64,000 bases of DNA, from the NCBI RefSeq assembly GCF_037042905.1, contig NC_087251.1, forward strand, positions 33,482,001 through 33,546,000, in the 5' to 3' direction. The notes beneath the pieces were generated by a model. That model did not search any database. It worked only from the letters and a program-made list of their open reading frames with translations, and had not been told where the DNA came from. Positions within the stretch are counted from its first letter, which is position 1. Each line of letters starts with the position of its first letter. The stretch is from Lytechinus pictus (lineage: Eukaryota). The position numbers and the translations under genes were made by a program. This document shows, in pieces, positions 23,317 through 35,398 of the stretch.

Positions 23317-26300
23317 AAAGTTCAACCCACTTACATAAATGAACCCTCTGTTTCTGGCCACCTAGGTGGATTAACGCTGGATGATATTTGTTACCCTAAT
23401 ACTCATCATTGCCATCGATTCGTCGTGGCTTATTGATCGGTTCTCGTTATTTCAGCTTGATTACATAACCCAAGAGATCGCTATATTTAATTGGTCTAGG
23501 GAGAGGACGAGTGCCTGGAGTTATGAGGGTTGTACGGGTATATAATCACGTCTCTCGATAACTAGTGCAGTCTACATTTTCCATTAATGATTATATAACA
23601 CAAGAGGTCTAATTTGCAAGATAAACACAGTCTATTGATTGTATGCGTATGACACAAAACATTGTTTTACTAATCATGGTAAATGACTTCTTTCTCTTCA
23701 CTCGCATTGTTTCAATTAGAAACAGTGGTATTGTATACAAATAGAGTAAAAGAGAAGGGGTGGGTAGATATGAAAACGCAATTATGATTTTCTGTTTCAC
23801 AACACGGGAACACTTTAAATAATGTAGTTTGCAGATGAAAAAGAGGAAAAACAGATATTTTTCAATCAGATTCAGGCAAAATCATCATTTAAACCGTATA
23901 ACAGAGAGACTGGCACATCTAATGCATCAATCGTGTATTTCTGATGTACAGTATATATGAAGATCATCACGGGTGCGAAGGACCAAACACACACTGTAGG
24001 TGCCACGTGGGGGGGGGGGGGGTAGGGCACAAAAAGGAATCAAACTTTTTAACTACAGTTTGATTAACAACCAAAATAGCCGTAGATATCAGAAGGAAAA
24101 GATAGATATGTATACTACATTGTATGAGCCTGATCTACTCTTGATGTGAACTTAGTATATAGCAAACAAACATTTTTTTTTCAAATTACATTCAGCTTAA
24201 ATTTACTCTGATCATCCAGATTTCTTTAAGACTCAATGAACAATTTAGGCAAAAATTAAATATCAATTAATTAATTAATTTATTTATTATTATTATATAT
24301 ATATATTTTTTTTTTTTGGGGGGGGTTCTAATCTCTTTTGAGATGTTAATGCACATAGTTTATACATTCCCTCTCCTCCTTCCTTCCACCTCTCTCCCAA
24401 TCTCTCTCTCTCTCTGATTTTCATCTTATTTTTTTACCCCACCTGCCCCTGGCATGGTTCCTTGGAGTCATTCTTTCTTCACTTCTGTAAAACCATAGGG
24501 TAACACAAGAATACATTGTCTCTTAAGGGAGGCAGGCTAAGTGTCCTCATCACTTTCATGCTCAACTTGTTTATCGCATACCACATGGAAAATGTAAAAA
24601 AATTCCTCACAGACTTCAACCAAGTTTGATGGTTTTAAACTGAAATATTATTACCTCAGAAGAGATCATTGAGATTAAAAGTATACAGGAAAAAAAAGCG
24701 GAAGAATGTATTGACGCTGAAAAAAATGCAACAAACACTGCCATGCCTGCACCAGCGGTCAAACGAGAGGCAAGCATGAGGGGAAAATGGGCAAATTATG
24801 AACGAAACTGGGGTCTTCTAAAAGCTTATCCACGGGGCAATTACATTAGATGATACCTTTTATGGAGATGCTATCGATGTTAGTCCATCATTTTATCAAT
24901 CTGGAAATCTATATATTGGCAATTTCCTTTGGGCGTAACAAGTAAATTTCGACAGGCGAAGGCAGTGCTCCCTAAATCTACAGGCCTCCAGCAAAATTTG
25001 ATTCATTAGATAGGAGCTGCCACGCACAATACAGAGGCAAAGTGGGTCTGTGCAGTCCGATGGTAGATTGTGGGTGGTGTTCGTGGGAGGGAGAATGGTG
25101 CAGCACTTTTTAAACTTTAAGAAATGTTGTAAGAGCATGATTAAGTTACATTACAGAAAGGTTTTTGAGGTGGTGGTAGGAATACGAGAGAGAGGTATGG
25201 AGTGGTCAAAGAAAAAAAAATTATTGTGTTGTTACAGTTATGGTGGAACAGGGTGCATATAAGAATAGAAGTATGAAGAATAATTAAGAAATGGCTGATG
25301 TGGAAAGGATTGAAAGAAAAGGGTAGATAGACAAGCAAAAATAAGACAGAAAAAAGGAGAGAGAGATATAAAGAGAAAGATTTTTAATAAATGATGGTCC
25401 CTTTAACTTTAATATTTGTAGTATATTCAAACAGATGAGGAATCATGATCAATCAAACAGTTTTAAAAGTATCATAAAACTTCATCAGGCATGGTAATTC
25501 CCTTTCACAAAACAAAAATTATCATTTCAGAATCAGTCACTATTATGTTATTATATGATAGGTCATGGCTGAAATGATAAGCGTGGTTTATCTTATTACT
25601 GCTACAAAAATGAATGGGGAGCCACACAAGTTGGTGATACCATAAAATTGGTCAGTACAACAGAAGTAGACCCGCCATGAAATAATCTGATTGGTCATAA
25701 CAATCTTACATTGATTCAATGGTAATGTATAGTCGAGATAGAAAACATCAAAGTTTTTATGGAAAAACATCATGAAGCTGTTCAGCTTCATTTTTATCAA
25801 TATTTATTTCATTTCCTAGAAAAATTAATTGAATTTACAACCTAGCTGTATTTCAAAAAAGATGCTGCCAAATTAGAAAGGTACAGATAAAGTCAGGATG
25901 AAAGGTAGAATTTCAAATATGTTCTTTACAGATAGACAACTTATATAAGAACATAAGATTAATAGAAAATAAAGTATTACAGAAGTTCAAAACACCAATT
26001 GCTTTGATTTTGAGCTCCCTTACATCAATTGAGTTGTCTTGTTTGTCAAATAGAAGTAAAAGCTGAAAAATTACATTTCACGCTGAGATAAACTTTGGTG
26101 GCTGGAGACTTGGCTGGAGGGGAAGGAGAAAAATAAGGTGGTTGAGAAATGAATGATTAGGTTTACGCAATTAGTATAAAAGCCATTAGCGCCAGCATGT
26201 GTGATTTAGTATTCTCCCGTTTCATGAATCCCACATGAGCTCCTCCATTGTACAATCGCAGCCATCAATCTCAAGAATTCCCTACATTGAGTCAAACCAT

Positions 26301-27039
26301 GCGAATCAGACGCAAAAGACTGGCTCAATCCTCATCTATAATTTGGGATGCTTGTCAGCGACGTGGCGAAAAAATAACTCAGCGACGCGCCCCGGACGAG
26401 AGAGCAAACAAAACGCGAGGGGAGCAAGGGCAGACGTCGGAGACCGCAGCTCAAAACGGAGGGCATTATGCGTGGGGTTTGGCAAGGTTGCGTCTCCGCA
26501 GAGAGGTGGTTAAGAGTTGCCAAGCATGGATCATTAATTTACATCTAAAATGTCATTTCGCACCTCCAAATATTTCCTTATTTTCAGCTTTCCTTGTTCC
26601 TTCCATTTTCCTGCCCCTTGTGGATGCCGACCACGTAATGGGGAACAAGAGATAGGGAGAGATTTAGAATGCAAGTAAGAGCACGGATGTAGTACAATGC
26701 ACTATTTTTTTTTGCATTGGGCAGTGAATGGCTGGACTTGGTTATCAATAATGTATGATGTGGATGCAAGGTGCTATCCATATCCATTCACTATCAATAT
26801 CCAATCACTCTGTCCTCAATCTTAGGTGTATCCAGCTTCAAATTATCTTTAGTCTTTTTTTCTCTCTTTCTCTTTCTAATTTTACAACTCTTATGTAAAT
26901 CTGCTACTTATCATTAATGCACACTTTTCCCATTTCCTCCTATTATCAAACACAATTTCTACTCTTATACCTCTGTCTACCACTCCCGCTCTCTCACTAC
27001 TTCAATATCTTCTAGCTATCACTGTGTGTATGCACCTTT

Positions 27040-27405
27040 CTTGATATATCTCTCTCTTATTCTTACTTTTCACAATTCTTCATTTATCCCCATCTTATTC
27101 CAATGTCTTCTCTTATCATGAGTAACATTCTCCTCCTGGCAAACCCCTTGATATATCTTCCCCCTATTCTTTTTTTTTCACAATTCTTTCTCTTCCCCAC
27201 CTCATTCCAACGTCTTCTCTTCTGTGTAACATTCTCCTCCTGGCAAACTCCTTGATATATCTTCCTCCTATTCTTTTTTTTTCACAATTCTTCCTCATTC
27301 TTTACCTTCTCATTCCCACAACTTCTCTTACTATGTGAAGGATTCTCCTCTTGGCACGTTCCTTGAAATATCTTCCTCCTATTCTTCTTATTCTCAATTC
27401 TTCTC
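27040..27405 (+). repeat. Tandem repeat, ~105-110-bp unit, ~3.5 copies
   Basis: CTTGATATATCTTC...TATTC...TTCACAATTCTT recurs near 27040, 27147, 27251 and 27362; ATTCTCCTCCTGGCA also recurs. Confidence 0.88.
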
Positions 27406-30400
27406 CACTACCTCTCCTCCTCCTTGCCCTCATAGCGGTTGTGGGTAGCTCCGTACGGTAACACCGCGGGCAGTGATGGCCCTGTGACTCACTGGTCTGT
27501 ACATAGAGCTTCTCCTGGACTAACGACCCATGCGCCAATTTGCATGAATATAGCCCCCAGATAATAAACTTTCTGTAAAAGAAGACAGTAGTCGTCAATG
27601 ACAAATGGAAGCTTCCCCCTCTCCTCTTTGCTCCATCACCCCTCATCACCCTCCCTCCTGAGGTTGAATGGAAAGGGTTTGAAATGAGATTTAAAAACAA
27701 TGTTCCAAATCAAGACTCAAAGATTTCACCTTTGGGGTAATCTTATTCAGATGGTTCCAAATCAGGAATCTTTGCAGAAGAAGGCATTATTTATTAAGTT
27801 GGTGACAGGGACTTTTATTGTTAGTAACCAATGCCATTGCAAACACTTCATCTCCTTTGAAGTTTTCCAAAGTAATGACACTAATTTCTAAAGTAATGAA
27901 ATACTTCTAAATTACAATCGCATATATTCAATTCCTAGTTGGTTTTCAACTTCAACATGCAGATTATGAAATAATTATTAGACCATACCATAGGAGCATA
28001 GTAGGAAAGTGGTTTAGTAATTATTTTCCAAACTTTACATTTATTTCCCACAATATTGAAATTTTGGATACTAGTAACAAGAATCCCACAAGTGCAAGCG
28101 TACCCATTGAAAATCTAATAATTGTTCCATTTCTGTTTTTTTTTTACTGCAGAATGGAAGCTGGACTGTTTGAATACAGAATATAAGGGTCTTAAAATTT
28201 AGGTTTGTATTTACTACTTGTCACAAGTAATATTTCTGTACAAATTTCAATGGACTAAATAGCAAGGCACACTAGATATGAAGGTGCCCTGCTTTTTCCA
28301 AAATATATTAATTTCATAATGAATATCCCAATCAATAATATTTTTTGTGCATGGGTATTGACGGAAGCGTTGTAAATTCAACTTCATACAAACTAAAGCT
28401 CTCTTCACATCGCCATGCCTTCTTTGTTATAGCGTATAAGCAGTGGGATATGCATGCATATTTAATTAGATTTGACATGATATGGATTGGCTATGGATCC
28501 ACATAGGAGCATTTGAGAAGCTCCTCTTCGGGTATATAAACTGGAATATACTTTTTTTTTCCCTTCCATCGTCGGTCCCTCGAAGTCATCGTTGTTCTTG
28601 CGCTTTTGGTTGGGATCCTCAGGCCTAGCGTAACATCCAGTCAGACCCCCAGGGCACATTCTCATACCTGACTGCACACATCTACCGATGCTGCATTGTT
28701 GCTTCTCCTACCATGCATATGCTTTCTTTCCCATCTCTCGTCTCTGTCGCTCTCTTCTCTCATTCTCTCTCCATGCCTATATCTCATTTTCTCTACCCCA
28801 TCTTTCTTTCTTTTCTTCTCCCTTTCTCTCATTCTCTCTCCATTTCTCTACCCCTCTCTTTCCCTTTCCTTTTTTCTCCCTTCTCTTGCAGTCTTAACTC
28901 ACTTCTTTTCTCCTCCTTGACAACCCTCTGATTTTTCCCATCTTCTTCCATATTCAAGCCAAAATTTTCTCCTAATTTCATCTCATTTATTTCCTCACTG
29001 TTTTCTAAATCTATTGTTTATATTATAAGTTCAGTTGTTTTTTACATTCCTCTATTTATTTGCCATCCTAATTGCATGAAAGGTTCTCTCCCGTTCTTGC
29101 CATTCACAACTCTGCCGCATCTCTATATCTAATAAGATTCATCATCTTCTGGACGTTGAGTATTTATCTAAACTAGCTCCTCATGCATCAGTTAGTTTCT
29201 TTCTGATGATGTCAACATTAAATTTCACAATCATATCATCATATTTGACTCCCTGCACTTTTGTTTGACCAATTTTGATGAATGCATTCACTTCTTTATA
29301 TATTACTTTTTAAGAAACAACATTCAGTCTGGTTCCGGCGTCCATGCTAGTTGCCTAAGTGTCTTTCCTTCCAACTAATCTCATTGTGAACATTCTCAGG
29401 TCTCCTGTTTGAAAAGCAAATAATTACACAGATATGCGGGAGACAACTGAATAAGACAAATCACGATTGGTATGACTTGTTTCCCCCACCATCGGGTGTT
29501 TCTTGCACACCGAGATCATAACACATATTTAGAGCGCCGGATGCTGGGAAGAAATTTGCTACACTCGAAACGTGTAACACAATCTCTGACCCAATCATCT
29601 CATAGCCTTCAACCACTCTAAGAAATCAGCATTACACCATCAAAGTACACTCCTAGTGGAAGCTTTGGCCTTGACATCTAAAAATACTCTTTGAAGAAAG
29701 ACCATTTGAAAATGAAGATTTGATACAGGAGGAAAAGGAAACAAGCATAGAATGATGGAGAGGACAGGTACATAAAAAAAAAAACATGGTGAATTTCATA
29801 TTCAGAACTGTATGCTGAACTCTTCAACTCAATTGGTACTGAAAATGGAAGAGAGAGAGAGGGGGAAAGTAAAATGTTTGGCAGAATTGCATTAGTGACT
29901 GGTCTGTGCCTGGGGAAGGGCAAAACCGCTGTTCCACTGCACCCTATGTCAAAATATTATTCGTGTAGGGTGGCGATTAAAAAAAAAATGAGTGTAACCC
30001 CGAGGACAGAACGCACATGGATTGGAGGAAGACCAGGAAATTAGGGCTCAAGATGGCGTGACGGAGGAGAATTAAAAGCAACAAGCGCCCCTTATGGTAA
30101 CACCCCCTCACTACCAACAACAAGGTGCCATTCATCTTGGCCATAGAGACCCCTGGAGGAAGCCCCTTGGATGGGCATCCTAGATGAAAAAACACAAACC
30201 TCAAACCTTGCCCTCACGAAACCCTTTACTTAATGACAAGACGCTTTGATTTCTTTGATGCAAGATGGAAAAATAACGAAGGCAGAGAGAATTGAAGGCA
30301 CTGCCTAGAAGGGGCGCAGGTTGGGTTACATTGTTTCATTTCCTTTCCCCCTCTATTATTCTCCATCTTCTCCCATCTTAAGCTGTTTTCATTCTGGAAT

Positions 30401-30776
30401 GTTCTTGATAGAAGAAAAAGCGAGAGTTGAAGAGAGCTCGACCAAGATGGATGTTTCAAATCAAGATCGAGCCTGTAACACAAAGCTCAGTATTGATCGT
30501 AGAATGTCTTTACAAATGATTGCATTGACTACAATGTACAATCAATCGTGAAACTCAAGCATACGATCAAACGCTAACCTTTGTGTTGCAGGACCCTTGT
30601 CTTATCAAAGCAGTCATGAAAGAAAAGGGGAACTTGAATGGTAATGCTACAAGCATTTCCTGCAAGACATCTGCAGATAAGTGTCTCTCAAGAAATGATA
30701 TGCTTCGGCCCAACAAGATTGAGATTAATACATTGCACAAGACATTTCCTGTAGCAGCTTCCTTCTCTACCTCTTT

Positions 30777-31184
30777 GACATCGTTCTCACTACCATCCTA
30801 AAACTAGTTTACTGGAAACTAATGTGGCGGAAACTAGTTTAACGCGTAAGTGAGAACGGTCTTGGAAGTGATCTTCCAAACTAGTTCGGAAAACCACCTC
30901 GCTATGTAGTTTTCAAGATCGCTTTGCCTTGTTAAACTGGTTTTAGCGAAGTGAGGACACAACCGTTCTTCAGGAAGTGATCTTAGCACATTTTGAGCAC
31001 GCTACTCCATACACTGTGTGTAGCTGAGAGCATTCCCATAGCAACAAGGCCACTCTATGTGAAGTGGTTTTGAAAACCACTTTTGGCTGATCAAATGGGA
31101 ATGCTAGCAAAGCGATCTTCCAAACTAGTTACCTGAACCAATTTCCAGTAAACTAGTTTTAGAAAGTATAATGAGAACGGTGTC
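30777..31184. mobile_element. 408-bp MITE with ~44-bp imperfect TIRs (Harbinger-like)
   Basis: Left GACATCGTTCTCACTACCATCCTAAAACTAGTTTACTGGAAA versus reverse complement of right GACACCGTTCTCATTATACTTTCTAAAACTAGTTTACTGGAAA. AAACTAGTT recurs internally. Confidence 0.9.
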
Positions 31185-31739
31185 TATGACAACGTAAGGG
31201 AAGTTTTCATCACTGTATTGTAAATCAAAAAGCAGACCAAGTTCAACAAACTCCACACTGACAAACAGCTAGGGACCAGGACACAACTTGTCCTCTTGAA
31301 CTCGGTTTCCGGAAAACAAGACATCCAGTGAAGCAATTATGTGTTTGCATATTTACTCCAAAGCCCAATCAAAGCTCTATATTCATATGGCATATATAAC
31401 AGTGTCTCAATAAACAATCCAGATTAACAGATTTATTATACATGCATTATTTTCAGATGTATAACAGACTCCATCAATATCATTAAAACAGTCCTAGTAC
31501 AATAATGCTTGCATTAAAACGACTGAAGGTCAGAAGTCCACAGAAGTTCATGCCTAACAAAATCACCTTACTCAGTTCCAATAATGTGTACATGAGAACA
31601 TGAAACTGCCTTCTAATTGTTGACTCATGATGGTTTGTTTTGACTTGAACTGTTTATGTTTGCATAGAATCCGTTTCTGAAGGGCATGTGATTACACCCC
31701 TTGCTAAATGACACCTAATGATCAGACAGGAGCGATATG

Positions 31740-32042
31740 GGTGGATTAACGCAATGCCATGAATCCTACCAGTGTCATATGGATTATATACACCAACAAT
31801 TCATGGTGGTACCTCCAACATCCAAGGACTGTCCTTGTGTTTGTCCTTGCATTTCTACAAAAAGTTGTCTTAAGTATGCCTTGATAAAGGTGGATTAACG
31901 CGATGTTAGGAAGCTCACCAGTGCAACATATGCATAGACTAACCCTAACATCTAATGGCAATACCATTATCAAGGACTCCTATGCATTGTACACTGCATA
32001 GATTTCTGTTAAGACTTCTGAAGTATGCCTTGATACAAAGGT
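31740..32042 (+). repeat. Diverged tandem duplication, 149-bp period
   Basis: GGTGGATTAACGC at 31740 and 31889; AAGTATGCCTTGATA at 31872 and 32021. Confidence 0.8.
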
Positions 32043-35000
32043 CCCGGATCCCGAGGGCATTCTGCTTAACTTGGTGTTGTTGGGTTGGGATCGGAATAAA
32101 AATAAAATTGGCTGTTTTTTGCAGGCTCCCCAATGCTAGATGGAAGGAAACAAGGGTGATGAATGGTACCCCGTCAGTCTGGCCAACAGACTAACATAAC
32201 TCATCCCCCTTTTCCGCATCAAGTCATTCAGTCTTTGAGACTTGTCATCCCATGAGGGAGGGGGTAATAGAGCTTGGGGGGGGGGGGGAGAAGTACTGAA
32301 TCTGTCAATCATGACCCCCCACCATACAAATACAACAGTTACAAAAATTCATTGCAAGTCAGTCTTTCTTTTGGGATATTGTGATATTTTGTGCATGGAT
32401 GTATGAGAATTAATATTACATCTTAGCTTTTCTTTCACCCTGATGAACTTTAGAGCAAACATCATCACACAATCACATATCTCATTCCCCACACAACTAG
32501 CCATATAAAGTGTTAAGAACTGTTCGAAAAAGCCTAATTTCACTTTAAAAAAAACATATTTGTTCAAAAGTGCACGGTAACAGCTTTTAAAATACATTTT
32601 CCAGACACACTGCTGCAATCCTGAAAAATAAATTCCATTTGATAATATCCTGCTAATATTACCTCTTGATTCTCTTGCATTATATTGAAGCTGTCAGTAA
32701 TATACTCCGATGATTACATTAATATTTCTCGGTCTCATGGGGGTAGGCCCAACTAGTTGTTCTGACCCACATTCTGGGGGAGTTTGGCAAACACCTTATG
32801 AAAATCACTCTTGACAAAACTAAATAAATGTTTCAATCGGTCTGGAAAGCAGGAGGGAGGAAACACAGACACATGTCCACACAACCCAGTTTTTGATACG
32901 AGACGAAGCAACAAGACAAATACGCAGGACACGTATTCATCACACATATCAAACCCCAGATGGTTTGCGAGACAAAAAGCGGGCATAAATGTCCCGGCGC
33001 AGATTTGTGCATATTTCACAAGGCAGACGTGACATTGACCAATATTTGCGAGAAGGGGAATCGACGCCTGCCCCGCTCATGGTTGCGATGATTCCCCATT
33101 TCTTTCTTTTCTGTTTTTTTTTACTGGATTGCTTAGTATGACAAATAGGCAAACAACATTGAAAGGGAACAGGGTGTAGATAGCTCTGAAAGTGAGAGAT
33201 ATGGAGGAGAGAGAAATATACTACCAAGATATATGTTTTTTTTCTATTGAGAGCAACAAGGATGTTTCTTCTATATTAATGCCAATAGGTGCTTCCAAAC
33301 TGACCCAATCACCAAAATGGCAGAATGGTCCAGATGGCAGATGAGGTGCATGACTTAAAATCACTAACTCAGCAGCCAGCGTACTTACTGGGGATGGGGT
33401 AGCATTTGTAATTGTAATTTGCTTTCACACTGCCAGAATACCCATGACCAATGGCCATGAGCAGGTATTTTCTTCCGGGAATATTACAAGTATACTTGAC
33501 ATTTTCTGATCAGGGTAGATTGGGGTAATTTCATGAACAGAGAATACATGGTATTCTTGGTTTCGATTTGGTCTAAAAGCAACGTATTGGAACAGCCTCT
33601 AGTTCTAACCCTCCTGGCCTTCAGAAGACAATACCAAACATGAGTAGTATAAAGTACTCTTGTGTCTTTATTACATTTCATTGATAAACAATATAATGGG
33701 CTCTTATTTCTTTTCTAGTAGCCTACATATTTCTTTAATGCTTGGTAAATGTTTGTCCTCCTACGTTTCACAGCTGCTATTGGTTGATAAGGTCTTTCGT
33801 AAATGTGTCAGTGTCAACAGCACAACAGAAGAAGGCCTTTGCGATGTATTTGCAGACATCCAGAACTCTGCAGGTCTCTTAACCTAGATAATAGATATAG
33901 GTGTTATGAAGGAATAATCTTATTGAGCCTTTATTGTCCAATGTTCTATACATGTATATCCCAATCTGTTAATACATGTTACTGATCTTATCTGCTTAGT
34001 TCTCCTCTTTCATCATGTTAAACCTCCTTTCTCATATCTTCATAGTTGTGCAATTTGAACATGGCCGCTATGGATGTATGGCTTCAATCTGACTTCTACC
34101 TTTAATGGACCTAAAAATTTGAGCTAACTGTAACAGTCGTTGAAATGCGACCATTGATCTCATTTCTCCCATCCACAGAGCTCCTGCCAAGCCCCCCTGG
34201 GCCCCCTTCTCAATTTTCCTCAACCCCGATCCAAACAACTGGATACCGGCCTGGAAAACGAGACGGGTAACCTATAGCGCCTTACACCTGTAGTCGGATC
34301 CTAGAGGCACAACACTATTATGACCATCTAGCACTGGAATCAGTGGAGAAGTGATACCAGTCTCTGATTTGAAGAGAGTGGTGCCCCGTTACCAGGCATT
34401 CCTTCACCTGTGTCCTAGATGGCAGGACTGGGCACTTGGCATGCCTGCCAGGGATGTAAAAGTGATACCACTCTCAGGTGCGAGCCGTTGGTAACGACTT
34501 ACGTCACACACTCCAAGCGGCAATCATAGATACTGCGTTAGACACGAAATTGTCTCTCGAGATGTGAACGTGACACCAGTCTTTAGTTTGGGGTGTGCTA
34601 ATCAATAACATCTTATCCTCTGTGCCAGGGGCTGGGCCAGATACTCAAGAAACTAAAAGCTTGTTGCACAGTTTTTCATTTTTACAGACAAGAAAGCCTA
34701 AGCATTTTGTCTGCATGACCTCATAAATTCATTTGTGTATTTTAAGACATGGCTGTGCATATGTATGCCATATGGCAATCCGGGGTTTCTTATCAAAAGT
34801 AAGAAGCAAAGATTCCTCTGGTAAGCTAATAATTCTCTAAAAGATCATTTGCCTTTCACGGTTGCACTATGGAATACCTGTCGACAGCTTGAGGTGGTAA
34901 AGATGCAGCAAGCACAGGGCAGTCTGATTTTATTGGGGCGGAACTACAGTAGATTGGGGGGGGTGCAATGATTTACCCAAGTAATGAGATGGACCCACTT

Positions 35001-35270
35001 TGGTCATTCACTTTAATTACTCCATGGGAGAATTTTCATGAAAAAAAAAAATCATCACAATGAAAACAAACTGTACATTTACTCACTTCCTTGTTTGGCT
35101 ACTATTATTAAGAAAAAGCTTGGAATGGAGATCAAGTGAGGAGGTCAAAAGAAGATGTGTATAATGCTGGAATAATCTGGGCAAATGAATCTTATTCTAA
35201 TAACTGATAATACCATCTGAATAAGAATTATAGAACATTACAGGTGTAGCCAGTTTAGGTATTCCAACTG

Positions 35271-35398
35271 GGAGATGTGTTTCAAAAAGCAAATAGTCGG
35301 TGATTAATTCATTCTGAGCCAATCAGATGCAAGGATTTCAATAGCTTATAACAGATGCCAGTGAAAATCACTGACTACTTGTTTAATGAAAGGCTTCC
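35271..35398. mobile_element. Short MITE with CTG target-site duplication
   Basis: CTG|GGAGATGTGTTTCA...TGAAAGGCTTCC|CTG, with an internal AGCCAATCAG. Confidence 0.65.

Noticed and set aside
28688..28931. Leu/Ser/Phe-rich ORFs
   Set aside because: Low-complexity pyrimidine tract.
34345..34590. CRISPR-like repeat-spacer array
   Set aside because: Repeats are short and inexact, spacers are ~95 bp, the context is eukaryotic and there are no cas genes.
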